A stretch of DNA of 64,000 nt from Stegostoma tigrinum (lineage: Eukaryota), in NCBI RefSeq assembly GCF_030684315.1, contig NC_081357.1:22615204-22679203 (forward strand), read 5' to 3'. The notes beneath the pieces are model-generated. The model was not told where the DNA came from and did no database searches. It was given only the letters and a program-made list of their open reading frames with translations. The translations under genes were made by a program, and so were the position numbers. Shown piece after piece: positions 47,740 through 59,254 of this stretch (the stretch's first letter is position 1; the number at the start of each line of letters is the position of its first letter).

Positions 47740-50335
47740 TTAATTGTTCTTGTTCTTTTTGAGGGATACCTTTCATGCAAATTTACATGCATCTTTTTAT
47801 TTTTGCATTTTTTGAAGTTGCAGACTGAAATGAGAAAGAATTGTTTGTAAAATCAGTGTTTTGCAAGAATTGCTGTACGTTTGAAAAGCAAACAACCTGA
47901 AACTTATGGCAAGCATTGTTAAGGGATTAATTGATTTATGGACTAGTAACAGTTATGAATGGCAGAGGCCTTTTTGCCTGCCAGGACCTGTGGGTTCGTT
48001 CTGAGACAATTAAATCGCTTGGGGATAGCAGCAGTGAGATATGGAGAGAAGTGACCAGATCTCCACCAGCTCAGAAGCTGTGTCTATTCTCTGCAGCCAA
48101 AATCCACTTCGAAATTGAAGAGCCTATCATTCCATTAGCTGATGTATATAATTGAGATATTTTGTGACTTTTAACCGATAAGTCAAAAAGCTTTGTATAA
48201 GTGAAACAGCCACCCTGTGCCTCTTACAAACTAGAGGAAGTCTTCAGAAAATGAAAGCTGAGATGAGACTTTCTGATCAGTAAGAAGCCACTCAACAGAT
48301 CTTGTAAAACAAGATGACTGAATGCTCCCCCAGTTTCCCTGCATCCATCAGAACTTTCCCTGTTTATGTCTGACTGTGCATGCATGCAAGGAGGAGTTTA
48401 TAAGGAGATTAGAGTTTTAATTTGTAGTGTTATAAGCTGACAGCTATAACCATATACCTGGAGTTAGAACCTAATTAATTAAGATAAATAATAATTCTTG
48501 TTCAGTACAGAAATCTGCTCATGCATTGTATTATCTTCAGTCTGAAAATCAGGTAAATTGTGCAACGTTTGTTTAGTTTTGGAAATCATTAACTTTTGTG
48601 ATGACTCCAGTTTGATTGACTTGTTGGTTAAACTGGACGTAGCATTGTCTGGCAGAGAAAAAAAGGTAGAGTAATTGAGGTACTAACACAGCATTTGGGT
48701 TTTACAAGGAATAGAAAGAGGCTGGATGCTTCTTGGAGTGAAATGTTCAAATCAGGCGGTATTCAGTAACAATTAAAGCGGCTTGAGCATGAGGAGAGAG
48801 TGAAGGGGTGGAAGAAAATGACAAGTAGAGAGCAGGCAAAGATAAAGAAAAGAAAATGAAATTGAGAAGTATGAACATGAGAAAACTAGAATTAGAAGTG
48901 CAAAGAGAAAGGGAAAATGGCACTGTTGGAACACATGGTGTTGTATACTGATTCAAGCCCTGGTGGGGAGAATCGAAGTCAGAATTTGAAGTCCAAAAAG
49001 GATATTTTAAGTTTTTATGGGCGCTAACAAAATTTGAGGGAAGGGCCGTGGAGGAATTCTTTGTGCCATTTAAGAAAATCACAAGGCAAATATATTGGAC
49101 AAAAGGGACCAGGCATTGCTCATGCTGAGTAAATTGACAGATAAAGTGCAGAAGATTTATGGCAGGGGTGGTTTCTTAGGATTTTGATGTTGTAAAGAAA
49201 GCAATATTGTCCGCTTACAAGTTAGTGCCGGAGGCATATTGGCGCGGGTTCTGGAATTTAAGGAAGCAGCCTGGGCAAACCTATATTAAACTTTAAAAAG
49301 GCTAAACAAGGTAACTTCAGCAGGTGGACTTAAGCATGAGAAGACCAAACCACTTGTGAAGTTATACAGAGGTTATACACTGGGAGACTTTTAAAAATTT
49401 ACTACCTTCCATCATGAAAACACATGGTGAGCAGCAAAGGTCCATATCTGCTAGATCGGCTGCAGTGATCGCTAACAATTATGAGTCAGTCCATAAACCT
49501 AAGCCTATTCTCTGTCACCCGCATAAATTCAAAAAGGATAGAATGGAGATGAAAGGTAGCCAGGGTAAAGAGTAGATAGCTGGGAATGACCAAGGTCTCC
49601 TCTATATATAAGTAAGAATGGAAATTATTGACAGTGAGAGTTGTAGGCTGAGGTGTTTTTTCTGTTCTGACAAGGTGGGACATGTGCCGGGGCGGCACGG
49701 TGGCTCAGTGGTTAGCACTGCAGCCTCACAGCACCAGGCACCCAGGTTCAATTCCAGCCTCAGGCAACTGCCTGTGCAGAGTTTACACATTCTCCCTGTG
49801 TCTGCGTGGGTTTTCTCCGGGTGCTCCAGTTTCCTCCAACAGTCCAAAGATGGGCAGGGTAGGTGCTTTGGCCATGCTAAATTGTCCCGTAGTGTTCAGG
49901 GGTGTGTGGGTTGTAGGGGAATGGGTCTGGGTGGGATGATTTAAGGGGCGGTGTGGACTTGATTTAAGGGGCGGTGTGGACTTGTTGGGCCAAAGGGCCT
50001 GTTTCTACACTGTAGGGAACCTAATCTAATCTATTCTATTCATTCAGAAAACTGGATGTTGAGAGGAAAACCCATGTAACTTTGTACAGCTTGGTCAATT
50101 AAGTCCAAAAAGGAAATTCACAAGTAAAAAGCCGCAGATATGTTTATAACTTTAGCTGAACAAAAAGACCGGAGGTAGATATTGCCGTGAGTGCAAAAGA
50201 AATACATAGGGCAATTGAATGGTTTTTAATCTAAAGGAATTTTGGATTAGTTAAGAGGAAGACCAAGTTATTGTAAGATCACAATATTGAGAATAGCACA
50301 TGAAGGTCCTATTGGCATGGATAAAACCAATTAAT
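47740..50335 (+). mobile_element. Decayed Gypsy (Gmr1-like) element: LTR-like region, gag and integrase-zinc-finger fragment
   Basis: Gag: KFEGRAVEEFFVPFKKITRQIYW, LLMLSKLTDKVQKIY, DFDVVKKAILSAYKLVPEAYWRGFWNLRKQPGQTY, zinc knuckle RCFFCSDKVGH. TILRIAHEGPIGMDKT at 50281. LTR boundaries are uncertain. Confidence 0.7.
49689..50040 (+). mobile_element. HE1-type V-SINE (full length)
   Basis: ggggcggcacggtggctcagtggttagcactgcagcctcacagc...ggttcaattcc, V-domain, gggccaaagggcctgtttctacactgta and (ctaat) tail. Confidence 0.95.
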
Positions 50336-50659
50336 AACTAAGTTATATTTAGGTATTAAAGCTATCCTCACAATCTGAAACAAGCACATTCACATGATAG
50401 AACAGACAATAAAGCTCTGCAGAAGTTTATGGTTTAAAAAAAACACTTCTGTAGTTCAGGGGTCCAATCTCATAGGATAAAATGAGATCACTTATTTTCA
50501 TTCCCTGAGTTTCTTGCAGGCAAGATTGAAATGCAAGCCACTGAAGAATCATGAAAAAATTTCAGACCAGGCTTCAGTTCAGACAGAAAGTCAGTTAGAC
50601 TTAGATCTTTGCATAGAAGTAACAGTTCAGCTTCCAAAGGTGTATGAGATAATCAGATA

Positions 50660-51198
50660 TTGTCAGACCATACTTGGACTGCTGTGCACACAGACTTGGT
50701 CACCTTATCTCAGGGAGGATATGATTACCACATAGAGACTACAATAAAAGTTCACGAGACTTGTTCCTGGGATGGCAGACCTCTTCGATGAAGAGAGATT
50801 TGGCCAACTGGGTCTACACTCTAGAGGCTTTCAAAGGATGAAAGGTGATCCGATTGAAAATTACAAAATACTAAAAGTGATTGATAGGGCAAATGAGAGG
50901 CTTCCTGAGTTGCAGAGTCTAGAATTAGGAGGGACAGTTTCAAAATTAGAGTGATGTCACCTAGGCCTAAGTGGTGGAAAACCTTTTTTATTCAGAGTTA
51001 TGAACCTTTTGGATTCCCTACCCACGAGGGCTGTAGAGACTCACTCTTTGTGTATATTTAAGGTATAGATTGATACATTTTGATTATCAGTAGTGTACAG
51101 TATAAGTGAGTAATAAGTATTTAAATACCTAGTCAGCTATGATTGTATTGGATGACTTATAAATGGGCTGAATGGTGTATTCCTGTTCCTATTTCTAG
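50660..51198 (+). mobile_element. CR1 LINE 3' fragment
   Basis: ORF track DEERFGQLGLHSRGFQRMKGDPIENYKILKVIDR, tail gggctgaatgg...tcctatttct. Confidence 0.8.
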
Positions 51199-52364
51199 AA
51201 CTTTCTCTGGAAATACTTCACTGTGAGAGAGGCCTCTTCAGCTGCTCCTGCTTTAAGGGCTCTCCACATGTTTTCGGGGAAGAGATCGCTGTTTATTGTA
51301 AGCTGTAGACTTGGTGTCCTCATGGTGATACACCCCGGTGGCCTAGTTAAATGGAAACTGACACCAGAAGAGTGTTGCTAAGCAACCTTCAGCATGTAGG
51401 CCCCATCTCTTCCAAAATCAGCTTTGTCCAAAATAAAAGCTTTAAATCTCATGCCTTACTTTTCCTGAAAGCTTTGCTTGCCCCTTTCCAAAGTTATTTG
51501 ACGTTTCAGTCATTTGCAGGCAAATTGTAAAGTGAACTATTTCCAAAAAGAAAAAATGGCCTTTCAAAATCCTGGTAGAACATAAAAACTAGGAGCAGAA
51601 GTTGGTCATTCAGCTCCATGAGCCTGCTCCACCAATTAATACGATCTTGGCTGATCTCATTTTGACCTGAACTTGACTTTCCTCCCCACTCTCCATAACC
51701 CTTCGACCCATCACTAATTAAAATCCGGCATGCCCAAGCAGCTCCATATTTCCAGTCCCTTAATTATTTATTTAAGCAGGAGAAAGTGAAAAGATTTCTC
51801 TCACAATGAAGTATTTCTGGGAATCCAAGAAAGTTCCAGCAATAGGAACAGGAATGAGCCATTCAGCCCAATGAATAGGCTATCCAAATATGATCATGGT
51901 TGATCAAACATTTCAATACTTTGTTATAAAGTATGCACAGCCAACAACGTGACCAGAGGTCCTGGTCAGTTAAAACAGACAGAGTGACAAGCAACTTAGA
52001 GACTGGAGCAGCGAGGAGAGATTTGGACCTGGCCAGTTAGCGCAGTGCAAGCAGGCAGGCTCTGAGCCCACATTTGGAGCGTGAAGCCTGGAATTAAAAG
52101 TGGTGTCCACACACAGCGGGTAGGACGTGACTGGTGTGAAGCAAACAGCCTACAGTGGCAGCATTGAGTCTGTCTTGATGGGACAGAAAATCCTACAGGT
52201 TGATGTGGAACAGCCTCTTTGTTTTAACACTGAGCCACAGACAAGCAAGTCTGCACGCTCCTAAGCTCAAATGGTTGGGGGCAACAATATGTCCCGTTTG
52301 CTCGGGTCTGTCAACTCTAATCATCCACCGGACGAGGACCTTGCTCCGTCAGGATCTTGTGCAA

Positions 52365-52620
52365 TAAAGTGAGTGGAGGTAGATTTAGGGGAGACATCAG
52401 AGGTAGGTTCTTTACTCAGAGAGTGGTCGGGGCGTGGAATGCATTGCCGGAGAGGGTAGTGGAGTCGTCCTCATTAGGGGCATTTAAGCAGCTATTAGAT
52501 AGGCATATGGATGATAGGATAAGGAAAGGGTGGAGGTTAGATAGACCTTAGGTTTAGGGTAAAAGTTTGGCACAACATCGTGGGCCGAAGGGCCTGTACT
52601 TTTCTGTGTTCTTTGTTCTA
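52365..52620 (+). mobile_element. CR1/HER1 3' end (well preserved)
   Basis: GGRFRGDIRGRFFTQRVVGAWNALPERVVE, tail gggccgaagggcctgtac...ttcta. Confidence 0.9.
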
Positions 52621-54178
52621 AAATGTTAACCTCAGTCCTTGGTTAAAAGAAATTTATTTAAAAGTGTTGAAATGGTTCAAAATCTTACAGCTTTTCTTTC
52701 CCCACAGCGTCTGGAAATACAGTTATGCAGTCCCAACAAAATGGCATCTGTTAAAAAAAAGGAAAATATCAATTCGAAATAAGAAAAAAGCCGAAGTTGA
52801 TAAATTTTTTATTAGGTAAGTAACGAGTGCATGTAAATAGAGATGGATCCAATCAGCAATGAACTTAGTGAATGGTGGAAGATGTTTAAGGGGCAGAATG
52901 GCCTTATCATGTCCCTAGATTTCCAAAGGAAACTGTTGACTTTTCAGACACTCATACAGAGATCTATTAAATCTTTCATTTATAAAAATCTGTGATATTA
53001 AAAGGGGTTACCGTATAAAATAGGATCTTGAATCTTACTGTATTAGAAATCAGAAGATGCATGTTGAAGGAGTTACTCTCCTGATGTATCATTCCTCCAC
53101 TGGGTACAGTCTCCTCACATACAGGACATCGCATTCCCTGCGACAATCCATTATGTCTCCTCAAATAAAACTTCCCTCACTTTGTCATTTTGAAAATAAG
53201 TATAAGAAGTTCAGAGAGACGATCAAGAGAGTTGCCATACTTTCCAATCACACTCGATTTTAGGACAAAGGATGGCTAGCTAGAATCTACAGTGGAAGTT
53301 CAAAGGAGGTCACTGAATCATTGGAATAGATTCTGTAGCGCATACAGTTCTGAAACCAGCCTTTGTGCCCATCTGCTTTATGCTATCTGTGAGTCTTCAA
53401 CATAAGAAATAAGAGCAGGAGTAAGATAATTGAACACAAGATCCTATTCTGCTCATTACTGGGATCAGGGCTGATCTGATGCTGCCTGAACTCCACTTTA
53501 GTGCTTTCATTATTCTTCATTTAACACTCCCCATATATCTTCTTATTCTTGTGCCTCCAGCTTATCATTCATTATATCCACACAGCTCATGTCAACCACA
53601 CACACCCACCCCCTGACAAGTTCCACAATCTAACCATTTACCACAAAAACAAGATCCTTCTAAATTTCTTATAGCATTTATGAATCATCTAATTGTTGCC
53701 TAGAGTTTCAAACTACATGACACGAGATATTTCCCCTGCATAAGCTTTTATAGCCTACAAAAAAAAAGCAAGAGGGTCAGCCTGTTCAAGTTTCCCTGAC
53801 AAATACAATCTCTTGGTAGTGCCGTCCCAAGTACAGAGCCCATAGAGATGATAGGGCCTTCTTTCTCTGGGATCAAAGATGCTGGGTGGGATTCCACACC
53901 CACCAAGAGATGTTCACCTTCCCTACTCAGCAGCACCATTGGGGGCTACTGCTGGTACTATACCCATTCAAGGCCTCTGATCAAGGAGGGACCCAGTCCA
54001 TAGGTGAGAGTGATGGAGTGGAAGAGTTTGGGGGTTGGGGGGAGGGGGCGGAGTGAGACGTGGGTTGGGGTTGAGAGGGAGGTTTGTGGAAGCGTGTCAC
54101 CAGCAAAGACAGAGATTGACCGTCAACAAACCTCCCTCCCCACTTTTCCCTGACACTGGGTTCCTCAATCAAGAACAG

Positions 54179-57100
54179 GACCATAAGACCATAAGACATA
54201 GGAGTGGAGGTAAGGCCATTCGGCCCATCGAATCCACTCTGCCATTTAAATCATGGCTGATGAGCATTTCAACACCACTTCCCTGCACTCTCCCCATAGC
54301 CCTTGATTCCTTCTGAGATCAAGAATTTGTCGATCTCTGCCTTGAAGGCATCCAACATCCCGGCCTCCACTGCACTCCGTGGCAATGAATTCCACAAGCC
54401 CACCACTCTCTGGCTGAAGAAATGTCGTCTCATTTCAGTTTTAAATTTACCCCCTCTAATTTTAAGGCTGTGCCCACAGGTCCTAGTCTCCCCGCTGAAC
54501 GCCTAGCGTTCACCCCTTCTAAACCATACATTATCTTGTAAGTTTCTATTAGATCTCCCCTCAACCTTCTAACCTCTAATGAGTACAATCCCAGGATCCT
54601 TAGCCGTTCATCATATGTTAAGCCTACCATTCCAGGGATCATCCATGTGAATCTCCGCTGGACACGCTCCAGGGCTAGTATGTCCTTCCTGAGGTGTGGG
54701 GCCCAAAATTGGACACAGTATTCTAAATGGGGCCTAACTAGAGCCTGATAAAGCATCAGAAGCACATCGCTGCTTTTATATTCCAACCCTCTTGAGATAA
54801 ACGACAACATTACATTCGCTTTCTTAATTACGGACTCTACCTGCAAGTTAACCTTTAGAGAATCCTGAGCCAACACTCCCAGATCCCTTTGTACATCTGC
54901 TTTGCGAATTTTCTCACTGTTTAGAAAATAGTCAATGCCTGTATTCTTTTTTCCAAAGTGCAAAACCTCACATTTACTCACATTGAATTTCATCAGCCAT
55001 TTCCTGGGCCACTCTCCTAAACTGTCTAAATCTTTCTGCAGATTCCCCACCTCCTCAGCACTCCCTGCCTGTCCACCTATCTTCGTATCATCAGCAAACT
55101 TCACCAGAATGCCCCCAGTCCCTTCATCCAGATCATTAATATATAAGGTGAACAGCTGCGGCCCCAACACTGAACCCTGCAGGACACCACTCGTCACTGG
55201 TTGCCATTCCGAAAAAGAGCCTTTTATCCCAATTCTCTGCCTTCTGTCAGACAGCCAATCCTCAATCCAAGCCAGTAGCTCCTCTTGAACACCATGGGCC
55301 CTCACCTTGCTCAGCAGGCTCCCGTGAGGCACCGTATCAAAGGCTTTTGGAAGTCTAGATAGATAACATCTACTGGGTTTCGCTGGTCTAACATACTTGT
55401 TACCTCTTCAAAGAATTCTAACAGCCTTGTCAGGCACGACCTCCCCTTACTAAATCCATGCTGACTTGTTTTAATCTGACCCTGCACTTCCAGGAATTTA
55501 GACATCTCATCCTTGACAATGGATTCTAGAATTTTACCAACTACCGAGGTTAGGCTAATGGGGCTATAATTTTCCATCTTTTATCTTGATCCTTTCTTAA
55601 ACAAGGGAGTTACAACAGCAATTTTCCAATCATCTGGGACTTCCCCTGACTCCAGTGACTTTTGAAAGATCACAACCAAAGCCTCCGCTATTTCCTCAGC
55701 CACCTCCCTCAGAGCTCAAGGATGTAGCCCATCAGGGCCAGGAGATTTATCAATTTTTAGACCCTTTAGTTTTTCTAGCACTTTCTCTTTTGTAATGCCT
55801 ACCATACTCAACTCTGACCCCGGCTCTTCCTAATTGTTGGGATACTACTCACGACTTCCACTGTGAAGACTGACACAAAGTACTTGTTAAGTTCTTCAGC
55901 TATTTCCTTATCTCCCATCACTAGCTTTCCAGCATCAATTTGGAGCAGCCCAATGTCTACTTTTGCCTCTTGTTTGTTTCTTATGTATTGAAAGAAGCTT
56001 TTACTATCATTTCTAATATTACTAGCTAGCCTCCCTTCATATTTGATCCTCTCCTTCCTTATTTCTCTCTTTGTTATCCTCTGTTTGTTTTTACAGCCTT
56101 CCCAATCTTCTGATTTCCCAGTGCTCTTGGCCACCTTGTAGGCTGTCTCTTTTTCTTTGATATATTTCCTGACTTCCTTTGTCAGCCATGGCTGTCTAAT
56201 CCCACCCCGGATAATCTTTCTTTTCTTTGGGATGAACCTCTGTACTGTGTCCTTAATTACACCCACAAACTCCTGCCATTGTTGCTCTACTGTCTTCCCC
56301 GCTAGGCTCTGCTTCCAGTCGATTTTCGTCAATTCCTCTCTCATGCCCCTGTAATTACCTTTATTTAACTGTAACACCATTACATCCAATTTTGCCTTCT
56401 CTCTTTCAAACTGCATACTGAACTCTGAACTCTATTATGATCGCTGCCTCCTAAGTGTTCCCTTACTTTAAGGTCTTTTATCAAGTCAGGCTCATTACAT
56501 GGCACTAAGTCCAGAATAGCCTGCTCCCTTGTGGGCTCCATCACAAGCTGTTCCAAAAAGCCAACCTGCAAACATTCCATGAATTGTCTTTCTTTGGATC
56601 CACCAGCAACATTATTTACCCAGTCCACCTGCATATTGAAGTCCCTCATGATCACTGTGACCTTGCCTTTCTGACATGCCCTATCTATTTCCCGGTGCAT
56701 CTTGCGCCCCTGGTCCTGATCACTGTTAGGAGGTCTGTACATAACTCCCATTATAGTTTTTTTGCCTTTGTGGTTCCTCAATTCCACCCACACAGACTCC
56801 ACATCTTCTGACCCTATGTCATTTAATGCTGTAGATTTAATTCCATTCTTAACAGACAAGGCAACCCACCCCCTCTGCCCACCTCCCTGTCTTTTCGATA
56901 TGTTGTGAATCCTTGGATGTTTAACTGCCAGTCCTGAACTCCCTGCAACCATATCTCTGTGATGCCTACCACATCATAATCATTCAAGAGGATTTGTGCT
57001 GTTAATTCATCTACTTTGTTGTGAATACTACGAGCATTTAGGTAAAGTGCCTTAATGCTAACTTTCTTATCATTATTAGAGAGGTTGGTAATCCCAAGAT

Positions 57101-57476
57101 GTCTTAAGCTATCCTTCCTTTTTGCTGTATTCCTAGTCTGCCTCGAGCCTAAATCCACCTGTACACATGCTATCCTGTTGCTTATCTTTCCATTTAACTC
57201 CATACTCCCTGTCTCTTTCACTTTCCCTTACCCCTGACTCAGAAGTTTAAAGTCCTACTGACCACCCTATTTATCCTTTTCACTAGAACACTGGTTCCAG
57301 ATCGGTTCAGGTGGAGACCGTCCCAATGGTACAGATCCCTCCGGTTCCAAACCTGATGCCAATGCCCCATGAAATGGAATCCCGCTTTCCCTCACCAATC
57401 CCTTAGCCACGTGTTTACTTCCCTAACTTTCTTTTCCCTGTGCCAATTGGCATGTGGCTCAGGCAGTAATCCGGAG
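54179..57476 (-). mobile_element. Near-full-length CR1 LINE: ORF1 esterase C-terminus + ORF2 (APE, RT) + 3' tail
   Basis: ORF1 end WLRDW*GKAGFHFMGHWHQVWNRRDLYHWDGLHLNRSG (~57250-57410); APE LYLNARSIHNKVDEL, GITEIWL, YRPPNS, RDFN, LDLV, SDHN; RT; tail (cttatggt)2. Confidence 0.95.
54430..55332 (-). pseudogene. CR1 reverse transcriptase, 300-aa open fragment
   Basis: SGVLQGSVLGPQLFTLYINDLDE...VKFADDTKIGG...FNVSKCEVLHFG...RDLGV...RPHLEYC. Upstream ORF2 is broken by frameshifts and stops. Confidence 0.92.
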
Positions 57477-57574
57477 GCAACAAACATGCCAGAGTTTGCC
57501 TGCTGTGGTCGCTCCAGGGTGAGTCCCTGTTTGTCACTGCATTAGAGCCAGCGGTGATGGGAAAGGGGATCTTA

Positions 57575-57772
57575 AATTGGCGTGGAATGCCCTGCCTGCA
57601 ACAGAGTGGACTCACCAAGTTTAAGGGCATTTAAATGGTCATTGGATAAACATATGGATGATAATGCAATAGTGTAGGTTAGTTGGGCTTCAGTTTGGTT
57701 TCACAGGTTGGCGCAACATCGAGGGCCGAAGGGCCTGTACTGCGCTGTAGTGTTCTATGTTCTATGTTCTAT
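57575..57772 (+). mobile_element. CR1/HER1 3' end
   Basis: gcgtggaatgccctgcc...gagggccgaagggcctgtactgcgctgta(gttctat)n. Confidence 0.88.
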
Positions 57773-58638
57773 TTTTGGACCTAAATGGTCAGAGTACACA
57801 CACGATGGCTACCCAGAGCTCTTGATTAAAACACCCTCAAATCCTAATCTTGCCAGATTAACTGTGATTTATCCAAAATCTGTGTAGATTTAATATTTCG
57901 CATCTTTGCGAGCTTAGCAAGATTATTGAGTCGCATTGTTGAAAAGCCCACACAAGTACAATGGGATTAATGACTTCCTATTATGCTGCAACGTTTTATG
58001 ATTTTTATTTTCTCATTACCAGAAGAAATTTGGCTTAATGTATATTTTTTTTTCAGCAGAATAACCCATTTAAAATTAAGCACCTTGCTGTATCCTATTA
58101 TTACTTTGGCTTACAAGCTCATTCCTGAACTATATTTTTCATGCTTTAACTGACTGAAGTGTCCCTTTCAGGCAGCAGGAAATTAAATTGTCATCTCATT
58201 CCCTGCACTTTCCTTTCTGAATGAGCACATATTGCTCCATTCGATTGCACAAAATTTGATGGGGAGCCCAAAGAATTAGTTCAAAAGGGAAGGCTTAGGG
58301 ACTTTACTACAAACATATACAGAATTTAATGTGCATTTTTATGTGAATTGTGCAGCATATTTACACTCCAGCAATCTGTGGGAGGCAGATAATTCCAAAA
58401 TAAATTTTGACCACATGGTCCAAACTGTTGGCCTGTGTCTGTAATGCCTGGTGCCAGGACACAGTTTGATCATTTAACACCCACTTTTTTCTACCAAAGA
58501 GTCCACAAAATAAATCATTCAAATCAACAACAACCATGCCCATCATCAATAATAATTTACATTTATATAGCATCTTTAAAGTAGTCAAACACCCCAAGTT
58601 ACCTCACAGGAACATTGTAAAACAAACTGTGACTCTCA

Positions 58639-59233
58639 TGTCAATACAGTGGCCCTAAGAGGTGTATTTTATCCTGGGTTGTTTTGAGGAGAGGTGATGA
58701 GCAGTCTACTAGAACCAGAGTAAACAGCTCGATACACCTTTGGTTTTTGTTAAAGCTAGAACAATCGAAGCAGCCTGAATAGATGTGGTCAAGCTCCCAC
58801 CGAACTGGGATTTTTAGTTTTTGCTTTCAGCAATTCCTATTGATGTCATGAAGAAGTGAATGCTATTTTTCCCTGTCTGAATTACAGCCAAAATCTGGGG
58901 GTTCTCTTCCTGCTATAGGAGTTGCATATGAGACAATCTGTGTTCTGAATTTACCATTTGTCAAGGGTGTGCTTATGGCATGTTACTATCTTGGAAGTTA
59001 ATTAGTAATAGTTACTGCATCAATTATTCTGTTAAGTTATTTCAATTCCTCCCTTCTTTTGTTGTATTTTAATTATAGTGGATGAATAAAGTGTGTTTTG
59101 CTTAAATTCTGTTATTTGACCAATTGAGTTGCAACTGGAATGCAATACCCTACATTTATCCTTAAAATAAGAAAATGTTAGCATCTAGACTATTTTCTGA
59201 ATATTTTGAGGGGGTTTGGTCTCGCCGATAACA
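58639..59233 (+). mobile_element. Solo-LTR-like element
   Basis: Begins TGTCA and ends ATAACA, with internal AATAAA at ~59085. No clean TSD. Confidence 0.5.
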
Positions 59234-59254
59234 CCCTGCTCGACATGAGGAGAT

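Noticed and set aside
49689-49760. tRNA gene
   Set aside because: A/B boxes are present but run directly into SINE body and tail. The same holds for the other tRNA-like heads.
54179-57476. Active autonomous LINE
   Set aside because: ORF2 is split into at least five pieces by frameshifts and stops, and the 5' end is missing.
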